From contig CAWBSW010000040.1 in NCBI GenBank assembly GCA_963791535.1, positions 62,860 to 126,859 of the forward strand: a stretch of DNA of 64,000 bases, given 5' to 3'. Positions 8,848 to 19,395 of the stretch are shown here, one piece after another; the first letter of the stretch is position 1; each line of letters begins with the position of its first letter. The notes under the pieces were generated by a model. The model was not told the origin of the DNA and did no database searches. It saw only the letters and a list, made by a program, of their open reading frames with translations. A program made the position numbers and the translations under genes. The stretch comes from an uncultured Actinomycetota bacterium. GTDB taxonomy: Bacteria > Actinomycetota > Actinomycetes > Mycobacteriales > Mycobacteriaceae.

Positions 8848-11580
8848 TTAATGCGCAGCGGTGTCCCAGCTGCGGCCATAGCCCACCGAGACCTCCAGCG
8901 GCACGTCAAGCGGGTACGCGCCGCCCATTTTCTCGCGCACCAACGCCTCAAGCCGCTCTCGCTCACCGTCGGCCACTTCGAACAAGAGTTCATCGTGGAC
9001 CTGCAGCAACATTCGCGACGCCAGCCCGGCCGCTTTGAGCGCCTTGTCGACCTCGATCATGGCCACCTTGATGATGTCGGCCGCACTCCCCTGGATCGGC
9101 GCGTTGAGCGCTGCCCGCTCGGCGGCCTCACGCACCTGGCGATTGGTGCTGTCCAGCTCGGGCAGATAACGGCGACGGCCCAGCACCGTCGAGGTGTAGC
9201 CGTCCTTGCGGGCCTGTTCGACGACGTCCATCAGGTAGTCCCGCACGCCGCCGAACCGAGCGAAGTATTGATCCATCTGGACTTTGGCATCTTCGGTGGA
9301 GATCTTCAGTTGCGCCGCCAGCCCATAAGCGCTCAACCCGTAGGCCAACCCGTAGGACATCGCCTTGACCCGGCGCCGCAGCTCGCCGGTCACCTCGTCG
9401 ATCGGCACCCCGAACGCCCGGGATGCGACGAAGAAGTGCAAGTCCTCTCCGGTGTTGAACGCCTCGATGAGGCCCTCATCGCCGGACAGATGGGCCATGA
9501 TCCGCATTTCAATCTGGCTGTAGTCGGCGGTCATCAGCTCGGCATAACCACTACCGACAACGAACGCGTCGCGGATCTGGCGGCCGGCGTCGGTGCGGAT
9601 CGGAATGTTTTGCAGGTTCGGCTCGGTCGAGGACAGCCTGCCGGTGGCCGCGATCGTCTGGTTGAACGTGGTGTGGATACGGCCATCGCCGGCAACCGAG
9701 TTCAGCAACCCGTCGACGGTCACCTTCAGCCGGGTCACGTCGCGGTGCGCGAGCAGATGCTGAAGAAACGGGTGCCCGGTCTTGTCGAACAGCGACTGCA
9801 GCGCATCCGCGTCGGTGGTGTATCCGGTCTTCGTCCGCTTGGTCTTCGGCATCTCCAGCTCGTCAAACAGCACTACCTGCAACTGTTTTGGCGAGCCGAG
9901 GTTTATCTGCTTGCCGATCACCGCGTACGCGGCTTCGGCGGCATCACGGATCTGGTCGCCGAATTGGCTTTGCAGTTCGGTCAATTGGTCCAGGTCGACG
10001 GCGATGCCCGCGGCCTCCATGCCCGCCAGCACCCGTTGGACCGGCAGTTCCATCTCGGCCAGCAGCGAGGTGGAGTCGATCCGGGCCAGTTCGGCGTCCA
10101 GCGCGTCAGCCAGGTCCACCACCGCGCGGGCGCGCAGGATCGCGGTTTGCACGGCTTGGTCATCCACTCCGTCGGTGTCGTCGAGCAGTGAAAGTTGCTG
10201 TTGCTCAGATGTTTCCGCTCGTAGCTCGCGACGCAGGTAGCGCAGCGACAGATCGTCCAGGGTGAAGCTGCGCTGTCCCGGGCGGACCAGGTATGCGGCC
10301 AGCGCGGTATCGGAGCTGACGCCGTCCAGCGTCCAGCCGCGCCCGGCGAGGTCGTGGATGGCCAACTTGGCCTCGTGCAGCGCTTTCGGCTTGTCGGGAT
10401 CGGCGAGCCATGCCGCCAGCGCGGAGTCGTCATCGGGCGTCAGGGTGGTGGCGTCGATGTAGCCACCGTCGCCGTCCGCGGCGGCGATGGCCAGCGCGGT
10501 CGCGTCGCCGTCATAGGGCAGGTGCGTTCCCACCACCGCCAACCCCGATCGGCGCCCGTCGGGGACGTGTGCGGCCAGCCACTGCCCGACTGTGCCGGGT
10601 TCCAGCAGTCCCCCCCGCACGTCGAATCCCTCGTCGACCTCGGGTTCGACGGCGGCCAGCGTGTCGAACAGCCGGTCGCGCAGCACCCGGAACTCCAGCT
10701 GGTCGAACAGCTGATGAATCTGGTCGCGGTCCCACGGCTGCATCCGCAACGTGTCCGGCGTCTGCGCCAGCGGTACGTCCTTGACCAGGTCGGTGAGCTC
10801 CCGGTTGAGCACCACGCTGGCCAGATGGGCCCGCAATGCGTCACCCACCTTGCCGCGCACCGAGTCGGCGTTGTCGACCAACGACTGCAGCGAGCCGTAT
10901 TCGCTGATCCATTTCGACGCCGTCTTCTCGCCGACACCGGGAATGCCGGGCAAGTTGTCGCTCGGATCGCCACGCAGCGCAGCGAAATCGGGGTATTGCT
11001 CGGGGGTCAGCCCGTACTTCTCGACCACCGCCGCCGGAGTGAAGCGAGTCAGCTCGCTGACGCCTTTACGCGGATAGAGCACCGTCACGTCGTCACTCAC
11101 CAGCTGCAGCGAATCGCGGTCACCGGTGACCACCAGCACCCGGTAGCCCTCCTTTTCGGCCTGCGTCGCCAGCGTCGCGATCAAGTCGTCAGCTTCGAAG
11201 CCTGGCTCGGCCAGCACCGTAATGCCCAGTGCCGCAAGGACTTCCTTGGTGACGTCGATCTGGCCGTGGAACTCATCCGGGGTGGACGACCGGTTGGCCT
11301 TGTACTCCGGGTAGCGCTCGGAGCGAAAGGTCTGCCGCGACACGTCGAACGCCGCGGCCACATGCGTGGGTGACTCGTCGCGCAACAGGTTGATCAGCAT
11401 CGCGGTGAACCCGTACACCGCGTTGGTGGTCAGCCCGCCCTGAGTCTTGAAGTTCTCGGCGGGCAGCGCGTAGAAGGCCCGAAACGCCAGCGAATTGCCG
11501 TCCAGCAGCATCAACGTCGGCTTATCGTCAGCGGCCTGGGCGGCTTCCGGCTTCTTGGCTGCGGTCCTCGCTGGGCTCAC
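8848..11580 (-). CDS. polA: DNA polymerase I
   Basis: LLDGNSLAFRAF 5'-3' exonuclease; DYSQIEMR and QVHDEL motifs; GTG start at 11580. Confidence 0.98.
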   Translation of the reverse strand: MSPARTAAKKPEAAQAADDKPTLMLLDGNSLAFRAFYALPAENFKTQGGLTTNAVYGFTAMLINLLRDESPTHVAAAFDVSRQTFRSERYPEYKANRSSTPDEFHGQIDVTKEVLAALGITVLAEPGFEADDLIATLATQAEKEGYRVLVVTGDRDSLQLVSDDVTVLYPRKGVSELTRFTPAAVVEKYGLTPEQYPDFAALRGDPSDNLPGIPGVGEKTASKWISEYGSLQSLVDNADSVRGKVGDALRAHLASVVLNRELTDLVKDVPLAQTPDTLRMQPWDRDQIHQLFDQLEFRVLRDRLFDTLAAVEPEVDEGFDVRGGLLEPGTVGQWLAAHVPDGRRSGLAVVGTHLPYDGDATALAIAAADGDGGYIDATTLTPDDDSALAAWLADPDKPKALHEAKLAIHDLAGRGWTLDGVSSDTALAAYLVRPGQRSFTLDDLSLRYLRRELRAETSEQQQLSLLDDTDGVDDQAVQTAILRARAVVDLADALDAELARIDSTSLLAEMELPVQRVLAGMEAAGIAVDLDQLTELQSQFGDQIRDAAEAAYAVIGKQINLGSPKQLQVVLFDELEMPKTKRTKTGYTTDADALQSLFDKTGHPFLQHLLAHRDVTRLKVTVDGLLNSVAGDGRIHTTFNQTIAATGRLSSTEPNLQNIPIRTDAGRQIRDAFVVGSGYAELMTADYSQIEMRIMAHLSGDEGLIEAFNTGEDLHFFVASRAFGVPIDEVTGELRRRVKAMSYGLAYGLSAYGLAAQLKISTEDAKVQMDQYFARFGGVRDYLMDVVEQARKDGYTSTVLGRRRYLPELDSTNRQVREAAERAALNAPIQGSAADIIKVAMIEVDKALKAAGLASRMLLQVHDELLFEVADGERERLEALVREKMGGAYPLDVPLEVSVGYGRSWDTAAH

Positions 11581-11640
11581 GGCCCTAACTCTAGGCACTG
11601 GGTCCGACGCCGAGTAGCGCCGAACCCGCCGCCGCAAAAC

Positions 11641-11654
11641 TGCAACACGTTTCA
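11641..11654. promoter_or_regulatory. KstR operator
   Basis: TGCAACACGTTTCA matches TnnAACnnGTTnnA, upstream of the Rv1628c/Rv1627c-like pair. Confidence 0.8.
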
Positions 11655-11685
11655 GTTTTGTCCGCGTTGTCGGTACGCTGGCCGA

Positions 11686-12129
11686 ATGCCAGCAGCTACC
11701 CGTCAAGAACCGGCAATCGAGGGCTGGTTCGCCGCCGACGACTCCGGCGCGTCGCATCTGATCGGCGCGAAATGTCCGCAATGCGGCACCTACGTCTTCC
11801 CGCCGCGGGCCAACAACTGCCCCAACCCCGGCTGCGACGGTGATCAGCTCGAGCAAGTGCCGCTGTCGCGGCGCGGGAAGCTGTGGAGCTACACCGAAAA
11901 CCGGTATGCGCCGCCGCCGCCCTATCCTTCCCCGGATCCGTTCGAGCCGTTCGCCGTCGCCGCGGTGGAGTTGGCCGACGAGGGTCTGATCGTGCTGGGC
12001 AAGGTGGTGGAGGGCACCCTGGCCGCCGACCTCAAGGTCGGCCAGGAAATGGAGCTGACCACCATGCCGCTGTTCGTCGACGACGACGGCGTCGAGCGCA
12101 TCGTCTACGCCTGGAGGATCGCGTCATGA
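11686..12129 (+). CDS. Zn-ribbon/OB-fold (DUF35) protein, Rv1628c-like
   Basis: CPQC...CPNPGC; coupled to the thiolase-like gene. Confidence 0.92.
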   Translation: MPAATRQEPAIEGWFAADDSGASHLIGAKCPQCGTYVFPPRANNCPNPGCDGDQLEQVPLSRRGKLWSYTENRYAPPPPYPSPDPFEPFAVAAVELADEGLIVLGKVVEGTLAADLKVGQEMELTTMPLFVDDDGVERIVYAWRIAS

Positions 12130-13322
12130 GTGAGCCTGTCTACATCCTCGGCGCCGGGATGCACCCCTGGGGCAAATGGGGCAACGACTTCACCGAGTAC
12201 GGGGTGGTTGCCGCGCGGGCCGCATTGGCGGAGGCCGGTCTGGACTGGCGGCAGATTCAGTTGGTGGCCGGCGCGGACACCATCCGCAACGGCTACCCGG
12301 GCTTCGTCGCCGGGGCGACGTTCGCACAGAAGCTGGGCTGGAACGGTGTGCCGGTCAGCTCCAGCTACGCGGCGTGCGCCAGCGGTTCGCAGGCCCTGCA
12401 AAGCGCCCGCGCCCAGATCTTGGCCGGCTTCTGCGACGTCGCGCTGGTGATCGGCGCCGACACCACGCCAAAAGGCTTTTTCGCTCCGGTCGGTGGCGAG
12501 CGCAAGAATGACCCGGACTGGCAGCGGTTTCATCTGATCGGGGCCACCAATCCGGTGTACTTCGCGCTGCTCGCGCGGCGCCGGATGGATCTCTACGGCG
12601 CCACCCTCGAGGATTTCGCGCAGGTGAAAGTCAAGAACGCACAACACGGCCTGCAGAACCCCAACGCCCGGTTCCGTAAAGAGACGTCCGTCGAAGACGT
12701 GCTGGCCAGTCCGGTGGTGGCCGACCCGCTGCGGCTGTTGGACATCTGCGCCACCTCGGACGGTGCGGCGGCGCTGATCGTGGCCAGTGCCAAGTTCGCC
12801 CGCGAACACCTCGGCTCACTAAACGGTGTCCCTTCGGTGCGCGCGGTCAGCACGGTCACCCCGCGCTACCCCCAGCATTTGCCCGAATTACCCGATATCG
12901 CAACGGATTCCACCGCGGTGGTCGCCGCGCCCGACCGGGTGTTCAAGGACCAGATCATCGACGCCGCGTACGCCGAGGCCGGAATCGGGCCCGAAGACCT
13001 CAGTCTGGCCGAGGTCTACGACCTGTCGACTGCGCTGGAGCTCGATTGGTATGAGCACCTGGGACTCTGCGCAAAGGGTGAGGCCGAGGCGTTGCTGCGC
13101 AGCGGCGCGACGACGATCGGCGGCAGGGTTCCGGTCAACGCGTCGGGTGGGCTGGCCTGTTTCGGCGAGGCGATTCCGGCACAGGCGATCGCGCAGGTCT
13201 GCGAGCTCAACTGGCAGCTGCGCGGCCAGGCCACCGGCCGTCAGGTCGAGGGCGCGAAGGCTGGAATCACGGCGAATCAGGGCCTATTCGGGCACGGCTC
13301 GTCGGTGATCGTCGCCCGCTAG
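12126..13322 (+). CDS. Lipid-transfer protein / SCP2-type thiolase, Rv1627c-like
   Basis: ATGA overlap; AACASG, DGAAA, AEVYD, NASGG motifs. Confidence 0.92.
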   Translation: MSEPVYILGAGMHPWGKWGNDFTEYGVVAARAALAEAGLDWRQIQLVAGADTIRNGYPGFVAGATFAQKLGWNGVPVSSSYAACASGSQALQSARAQILAGFCDVALVIGADTTPKGFFAPVGGERKNDPDWQRFHLIGATNPVYFALLARRRMDLYGATLEDFAQVKVKNAQHGLQNPNARFRKETSVEDVLASPVVADPLRLLDICATSDGAAALIVASAKFAREHLGSLNGVPSVRAVSTVTPRYPQHLPELPDIATDSTAVVAAPDRVFKDQIIDAAYAEAGIGPEDLSLAEVYDLSTALELDWYEHLGLCAKGEAEALLRSGATTIGGRVPVNASGGLACFGEAIPAQAIAQVCELNWQLRGQATGRQVEGAKAGITANQGLFGHGSSVIVAR

Positions 13323-13327
13323 CCTGG

Positions 13328-13416
13328 CGACCATGCGGGCCGGAACGGCCCGAGGTGGGGCACTCCCCTACCTGCGGTGTGGGCCCACCCGCTTGCGGGA
13401 GAGAGCCGGGCAATTG
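13328..13416 (+). repeat. Dispersed MIRU-like intergenic repeat (copy A)
   Basis: CGACCATGCGGGCCG..AACGGCCCGAGGTGGGGCAC...CCCGCTTGCGGGAGAGAGCCGGGCAATT, shared with 37571-37643 on the - strand. Confidence 0.75.
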
Positions 13417-13429
13417 GACCTAGTCGCGG

Positions 13430-14059
13430 CTACCCCGACGATTCCGCGTCGTTGGAAGTATCAAGGGTCTCCAGAACGACTTCGGCGACGTGCTTCATCG
13501 TGGTCCGCCGGTCCATCGCGGCGCGCTGGATCCACTTGAACGCCTGCGGCTCGGTCATGCCCTGGTTGGCCTGCAGCAGGCCTTTCGCCCGTTCGACAAG
13601 CTTGCGGGTTTCCAGCCGGTCAGACAGGGTCTCGACTTCGCGCTCCAGCGCCCTGATCTCGCTGAACCGGCTCAGCGCCAGCTCAATCGAGGGAATCAGG
13701 TCGGAGATGGTGAACGGTTTGACCAGGTAAGCCATCGCACCGGCATCCCGCGCCCGTTCGACGAGGTCGCGCTGGCTGAACGCGGTCAGCACCACAATCG
13801 GTGCGATGCGTTTGCGGGCGATCTCCGACGCAGCGTCGATGCCGTCGCGGCGCGGCATCTTCACGTCCATGATCACCAGGTCGGGGCGGAGTTGTTCGGC
13901 CAGCTCGACTGCTTCCTGGCCATCGCCGGCCTCGCCGACGATTTCGTAGCCCTCTTCGCGCAGCATCTCGGCCAGATCGAGCCGGATGAGCGCCTCATCC
14001 TCGGCGATCAGCACCCGGTGCGAGGCTTGGGTATCGACGTCGGTCGTGGAGCCGGTCAT
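13430..14059 (-). CDS. pdtaR: ANTAR-domain response regulator (Rv1626)
   Basis: Receiver domain plus RKLVERAKGLL...AMDRR ANTAR; synteny. Confidence 0.95.
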   Translation of the reverse strand: MTGSTTDVDTQASHRVLIAEDEALIRLDLAEMLREEGYEIVGEAGDGQEAVELAEQLRPDLVIMDVKMPRRDGIDAASEIARKRIAPIVVLTAFSQRDLVERARDAGAMAYLVKPFTISDLIPSIELALSRFSEIRALEREVETLSDRLETRKLVERAKGLLQANQGMTEPQAFKWIQRAAMDRRTTMKHVAEVVLETLDTSNDAESSG

Positions 14060-14158
14060 GACGACATTGTGTCGTGGTCCGCCGCGATCATCGACCGCGG
14101 GGTTGTGACGCTCACCTCAGCGTGGCCATCCTCTATGGTGGGAGGCCGTAGTTTGCAA

Positions 14159-14232
14159 GCCCTCGTATCCCAACTGGCAGAGGAAACGGATTCAAAACCC
14201 GTCCAGTGTGAGTTCGAATCTCACCGAGGGCA
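14159..14232 (+). tRNA. leuV: tRNA-Leu(CAA) with short variable arm; followed by CCG, not CCA
   Basis: GCCCTCG/CGAGGGC acceptor stem, anticodon loop TTCAAAA, GTTCGAATC T-arm. Confidence 0.95.
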
Positions 14233-14291
14233 CCGAATCTGTAGAAGCGTTAGCGGAGGTAGAGGCGATTTTGCGGCGAACAAGCGTGCGA

Positions 14292-14840
14292 TCACGCCTC
14301 GCGTGGCCACATTTTGGCCACACTTTCGGCCACAGAATCCAGATCGGAATCGAACAAATCGGCGTACACGTCGAGCGTCATCGCGGCGCTGGCATGCCCG
14401 AGCATCCGCTGAACAACCTTCGGATTGGCGCCCGCGCTGATCACCAGTGACGCCGCCGTGTGGCGCAGATCGTGAGCCGTCACCCGTGGGAACGTCGGGT
14501 CAGCTTTCATGCAGCGGTCCACCGCTCCCGACAGCCACGACTTGTACGTAACCGGCGGCCCGAGATAGCCGCCCGAGCGCGATGGCCACAGCAAGTCATC
14601 ACGGCCCTTGCCCTGGGCTGTCTGAGCCAGCGCGTCGGCCACGAACGCGGGCAGCGCCACCGTGCGACTCTTGCCTGACTTCAGTGAGCCCACGAACACC
14701 TGTCCGCCCACCATCACAGCGTTGCGGTGCAAGTCCACCCGGCGCCGCAGGAAGTCGACGTCACGCACACGCAGCGCGGCCGCTTCACCCCAGCGCAGCC
14801 CGCCGACACCGAGCAGCAGCACCAGGGAGCGGTAGTGGCA
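14292..14840 (-). pseudogene. Tyrosine integrase, C-terminal catalytic fragment
   Basis: GLRWGE, HDLRH, LGH...TLDVY; no N-terminal domain upstream. Confidence 0.88.
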
Positions 14841-14929
14841 CGCTGGTGTGCGCAAGTCACTGCGAACAGTCGCGGGTGTCCGTTGAATGGCGCGGTCCCG
14901 TTTCGTCGCTCTACGGAGACCCCGCGGGC

Positions 14930-15274
14930 CTAGAACGACGCTGGATCGGGCAGTACGGCGCCGGGCGAGTACGGCACCGCAGGAGTCTGCCCCGGCAACG
15001 CTGTGGGCGGGTGGCCGGGAGACAGGGGGCGTGTACTGGAACCGCTGCCGGGAAACAAGGTATTCAACAGAGGACCGAGCTTGTCGAAGATCGTCCCGAC
15101 AGGGGCGGGAAACGGCACGGGATCGTCGACAAGCAAAGGTTGCTGCGGAGCAGCCCCAGCGATCCCGCTGCCAAACCCAATTGCGCCAATTGCGGCCAGC
15201 GCGAGCGCCATACCCAGCGTCGCTCGGGTCAGTGGCGCGCGAGCATTCGAAATCGCAAACATGTTCTGGGACAA
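14930..15274 (-). CDS. Putative secreted Pro-rich hypothetical protein
   Basis: Signal-like hydrophobic N-terminus; GAGGAG SD. Confidence 0.6.
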   Translation of the reverse strand: MSQNMFAISNARAPLTRATLGMALALAAIGAIGFGSGIAGAAPQQPLLVDDPVPFPAPVGTIFDKLGPLLNTLFPGSGSSTRPLSPGHPPTALPGQTPAVPYSPGAVLPDPASF

Positions 15275-15484
15275 GGGGATAACTCCTCAAACTCCGCTGG
15301 AGCACCGAGTGCTTCAGACGCTCAAGTCACTCCGGTAACAATGCTGGACAAGCAGCACAATTGAAACACGACACCATCACAGATCGAACTCTATAGATTT
15401 GCTTACTAACCTTGGAGTTTGCTTACTCTATGGCGTTATCGAGCCAGCGTGGACTTTGCTTGATCGCGGTCGCCTGGACGCTGG

Positions 15485-16045
15485 CTACTGCATCTGGTCG
15501 AGCATGGTCGAGAAGGCTGCCTTGAGCGTTAGCGCCTTCTTGACCTCATCAGCGGTCACGTACGGATATTCGCCGTACTCCAAGAAGCTGGGGAAGTGGT
15601 GCTCGCGCACGAACTTCACGAATGAGTCCGGGTTCTCCTTCCAATCCTCCGGGAAACCCTCAAGATTGGTGAACACCGTGTTAATGCCGCTCTGGCCGAA
15701 CAGCTGCACGGCGTCCTCGGTGTATTTGTCGAAGTCGGTGTCGAAGATGCCTTGGTATTGAAAGGTCAAGCCATCGCCGATATCGAAGAGCACCCAGCGA
15801 AGGTAATGCAGGCGCAGTGGAGCGAGGAACTCCGGCGTTTCGGTGATCGCTGCTTGGATGGTCTTGCCGTGTTCGCGGATCGCGTCCTCGCGACCCTCCT
15901 TGACCTTCGCGATGATCGAGAAGCCGTAGCAGGCCGGAGTGCGCGGAAAAACCGGTCCGTACCGCCCCCGCTCAAGCTCGAAGTAACCCTCTTTGGGGAT
16001 CGCTAGCGCCGCTGGCTTGGTCCAGTCGTGATCGGTCGCGGACAT
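15485..16045 (-). CDS. Conserved hypothetical protein (LRLHYLRW...FDTDFDKY)
   Basis: GAGGTG SD, ATG 16045, natural composition. Confidence 0.75.
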   Translation of the reverse strand: MSATDHDWTKPAALAIPKEGYFELERGRYGPVFPRTPACYGFSIIAKVKEGREDAIREHGKTIQAAITETPEFLAPLRLHYLRWVLFDIGDGLTFQYQGIFDTDFDKYTEDAVQLFGQSGINTVFTNLEGFPEDWKENPDSFVKFVREHHFPSFLEYGEYPYVTADEVKKALTLKAAFSTMLDQMQ

Positions 16046-16187
16046 GTCGTCACCTCTTCTGGAAGCTGATGGAGCGGACAGTACGCCCGATTCGTGGCAA
16101 TTTCGGTTCGATGGTGAACCGTGAGATCGGCCCGCCACATGAGAGAGCGTGGCGGGCCGACTGCTTATTCAGACGTGAGCTAAACGG

Positions 16188-16280
16188 ATGCACGCTAGCG
16201 GTGAGCCGGCCAGCACGATTGCTGCGACTCTCGGCGTCAGCCGCGCCACTATCTATCGGGTGCTGGCAGGAGAACAGTAA
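16188..16280 (+). pseudogene. Resolvase/invertase C-terminal HTH remnant
   Basis: Hand translation MHASGEPASTIAATLGVSRATIYRVL. Confidence 0.75.
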
Positions 16281-16332
16281 TGGTTTTCCGGGCTCATGAC
16301 CGGGTGCTAATCCCGTCTTGGTGTCGTGCGGC

Positions 16333-18295
16333 CTAGGTAGTCCAGGCGCGTTGGGCGAGCAGGCGCATGCCGTTGAGTCCGACGATGACGGTGGATCCTT
16401 CGTGGCCCGCCACGCCGAGTGGCAGCGGAAGGTGTCCCAGTAGGTCCCAAAGGACGAGTCCGGTGATGAAGGTGGTCGCGATGGCCAGGTTGGCGATCAC
16501 GATGCGGCGGGCGCGGCGTGATAGTGCGATCACCGCGGGGAGGGTGGCCAGGTCGTCGCGGACGATGACGGCGTCGGCGGTCTCGAGCGCCAGATCGGAT
16601 CCGGCGTGGCCCATCGCGACGCCGGTGTGCGCGGCGGCGAGCGCGGGGGCGTCGTTAACGCCGTCCCCGACGAGCAACACGCGCCTGCCGGCGTCCTCGA
16701 GCTCGCGGACAGCGGTGACTTTGTCTTGCGGCAGCAGCCCGGCGCGGATGTCGGTGATTCCGATTTGCGCGGCGAGTGTGTTTGCGGCGCGGGCGTTGTC
16801 GCCGGTCAGCAGGGCCGGTGCGGTGCCGGTGAGTGCGGTCAGTTCGGCGACGGTGTCAGCGGCTCCGGGGCGCAGTTGGTCGGCCAGTGCCAGGATGCCA
16901 ACGGGGGCATCATCGGCGACGACGATGACCACGGTTTTGCCGGCGGCTTCCAAGTCGGCCACTGCCGCGGTTAGCGTGGCCGAGGTAGCGGAGGTGTCAG
17001 CGTCGGGCAGCAGATGCCGTGGGCTGCCGACTTTGACGGTGTGACCGTCGATGGTGGCACGGACACCGCGTCCGGGCGCGGAGTCGAAATCCTGAGCCGT
17101 AGGTGGTCGTAGGCCGCGTTCGGTGGCGGCGGCCACGATCGCTCGAGCCAGCGGGTGTTCGCTGGGGTGTTCGGCGGCGGCGGCCCAGAGAAGGATGGTG
17201 TCGGTGTCGTAGCGTGTTTCGTCGAGTGTTTCGACGTCGGTCAGTTGCGGTGCGCCCTGGGTGAGGGTGCCGGTCTTGTCGAACGCCACGGCGGTGATCG
17301 AGCCGAGTTGTTCCATCACGACCGCGGATTTGACCAGGACGCCGTTGCGTCCGGCGGTGGCCATCGCGGCCAGCAGCGGTGGCATGGTCGCCAGCACCAC
17401 CGCGCACGGGGACGCGACGATCATGAAGGTCATCGCCCGCAGCAGCGCCGGCTGCAACGCGGCACCCAGAGCGAGGGGGATGAAGAACACTGCCAAGGTG
17501 GCGGCCACGACGCCGATCGAGTAGTACTGCTCGACCTTCTCGATGAACAACTGGGCTTTGGCCTTGGTGGCCGAGGCTTCCTGCACCATGGTCACGATGC
17601 GCGCAATGACGGTGTCGGCGGCGGCCCGATCGACCCGAATCCGTAGCACCCCAGTGCCGTTGAGCGTGCCGGCGAACACCTCGTCGCCGGGGTTTTTGGC
17701 GACCGGTAGCGGTTCACCGGTGATCGACGCCTGATCCACGTCGCTGGCCCCTGAGATGACCTGCCCATCGCCGCCGATCCGCTCACCGGGTCGCACCACG
17801 ATCACGTCCCCGACCGACAGAGCGGCCGCATCGACCACCGTCTCGTCTCCGGATTCGGTTATCACGGTGGCACTCTCCGGGGCCAGATCAAGCAGGCTGC
17901 GCACCGAATCAGCGGTTCGCTGAGTCAGAAACGCTTCCAGCGCACCGGATGTGGCGAAGATGACGATCAACAGTCCGCCGTCGAGGACCTGGCCGATCGC
18001 GGCAGCCCCGATCGCCGCCACGATCATCAACAGATCGACATCGAGAGACTTTGCCCGCAACGCCTGCAACCCGGCCAGCGCGGGCTCCCAGCCGCCGGTG
18101 ACATAGCAAGCCAGATACAGCGACCACCACATCCACGCCGGGGCTCCACCGAACTGGGCAGCCAGCCCCAGCACGAACAGGACCGTCGCCACGGACGCCC
18201 ACCGGACCTCGGGAAGGGCGAACGGACGTGTACGGGCACTTCGGTTCGCGATCGGGGGCGGCGGCGCGGGAGCGGTCCAGGACCGGAGACGACAT
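16333..18295 (-). CDS. ctpJ: P1B-4 heavy-metal ATPase (CtpJ/CtpD-like); apparent frameshift near 18255-18270
   Basis: SPC, DKTGTLT, SEHPLA, GDGVND, HEGST motifs; N-terminus MSSPVLDR lies in another frame. Confidence 0.85.
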
Positions 18296-18349
18296 CAGAA
18301 ACTCCACGTGTTGGGAAGTGGGCGGGACACCGCTACCATACAGGAATAT

Positions 18350-18365
18350 ATGAGCACGTCTTCAT
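18350..18365. promoter_or_regulatory. ArsR/SmtB-type operator
   Basis: ATGAGCACGTCTTCAT inverted repeat between the divergent regulator and ATPase. Confidence 0.6.
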
Positions 18366-18389
18366 GGGATCATTAGGTAGGATGCAGCC

Positions 18390-18752
18390 ATGGGTCACGG
18401 CATCGAGGGCAGAACCACACCGCCCGCACAGCTCGACGCCGAGTCGGCGGCATCGGTCGCCGCGACATTGCAGGCGTTGGCGACACCGAGCCGGCTGCGG
18501 ATCCTGACCCGCCTGCGCCACGGCGCGTGCTCAGTCAACGACCTCACGGCGGCCGTGGAGATGGAACAGTCCGCGGTCTCCCACCAGTTGCGCCTACTGC
18601 GCGCGATGGGGCTGGTCACCGGAGCCCGCAACGGACGCAGCGTGATCTACGCGCTCTACGACAACCACGTCGCGATGCTCCTCGATGAAGCCGTCTACCA
18701 CATCGAACACCTCGGGCTCGGCGCCTCCGACGAGCCCTCCGCGACTGCGTAG
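18390..18752 (+). CDS. nmtR: ArsR/SmtB Ni/Co sensor, NmtR-like
   Basis: MGHG N-terminus, LQALATPSRL, DNHV...YHIEH. Confidence 0.85.
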   Translation: MGHGIEGRTTPPAQLDAESAASVAATLQALATPSRLRILTRLRHGACSVNDLTAAVEMEQSAVSHQLRLLRAMGLVTGARNGRSVIYALYDNHVAMLLDEAVYHIEHLGLGASDEPSATA

Positions 18753-18932
18753 CACGGCGGCGATAAGCGCGGCCTGACCGTCCCGTCAGCCAACTGCGTG
18801 CCGCGGATCACGACCTCGACGATGCCGGCGGCGTTCCCCAACCCGATCGTCCGCGTGAACGCCGCAACGTCGGTAGCCAGGATCTACGCGAGGGTGCGTT
18901 TAAGGCGCGCGGTCGTACCGTACGTTGGACGG

Positions 18933-19343
18933 GTGATTGTCACCGGAGCATTCCTAGCCGAAGCCGCCGCAGCCGTCGATAACAAGCTGCATATATGGGG
19001 TGGTGTCATATCCCACTGCGGCCTTGGCCCCGAGCGGATGGTCCGGCTGGTCCTCGTGGCATTGACACAAGCCGAGACTGACAACACAGACCGCACGATT
19101 GACGTCGATATCCAGCCGCCCAACGGCGAGGAAACCCTCCATTTCTCGCTCGAAGTACCGGAAGCCACCGCGAACAACGACATCGGCTTCAGTTATTGGC
19201 CGCTGCCACTGCATCTGCCGTTCGATGGTCGCTGGCTCTTTGTGTTGACCGTTGCGGGCGGAGCATCGGTGGCGTTTCCGCTCATCGTGAGCGCGCTTCC
19301 GTCCCAACCGACCGCGGCCACGACGGAGTCGGTGATCCCCTAG
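18933..19343 (+). CDS. Conserved hypothetical protein (IVTGAFLAEAA...NKL...GG)
   Basis: GTG start; globular beta-rich composition. Confidence 0.7.
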   Translation: MIVTGAFLAEAAAAVDNKLHIWGGVISHCGLGPERMVRLVLVALTQAETDNTDRTIDVDIQPPNGEETLHFSLEVPEATANNDIGFSYWPLPLHLPFDGRWLFVLTVAGGASVAFPLIVSALPSQPTAATTESVIP

Positions 19344-19395
19344 AGCGACGGCAGGATCTCGACCAGGAAAGCGACGGCAGGATCTCGACCAGGAA
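19344..19395. repeat. 26-bp perfect tandem duplication
   Basis: AGCGACGGCAGGATCTCGACCAGGAA x2. Confidence 0.95.

Larger units (their letters stand above)
14233..19343. mobile_element. Decayed integrative islet at the tRNA-Leu 3' end
   Basis: Integrase and resolvase remnants plus cargo between leuV and cya; no attR found, so the right boundary is approximate. Confidence 0.65.

Noticed and set aside
6958-10191. 1077-aa + strand ORF and many other long antisense ORFs
   Set aside because: Shadows of rpsA, polA and other genes caused by high-GC codon bias; no recognisable motifs.
14159-14232. Short variable arm in a Leu tRNA
   Set aside because: To my knowledge this is the normal form of mycobacterial tRNA-Leu(CAA), not a novelty.
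14292-15305. 337-aa ORF as a full-length integrase serving the cassette array
   Set aside because: Only the last ~180 aa are integrase-like; the rest overlaps another gene, and it is 27 kb from the array.
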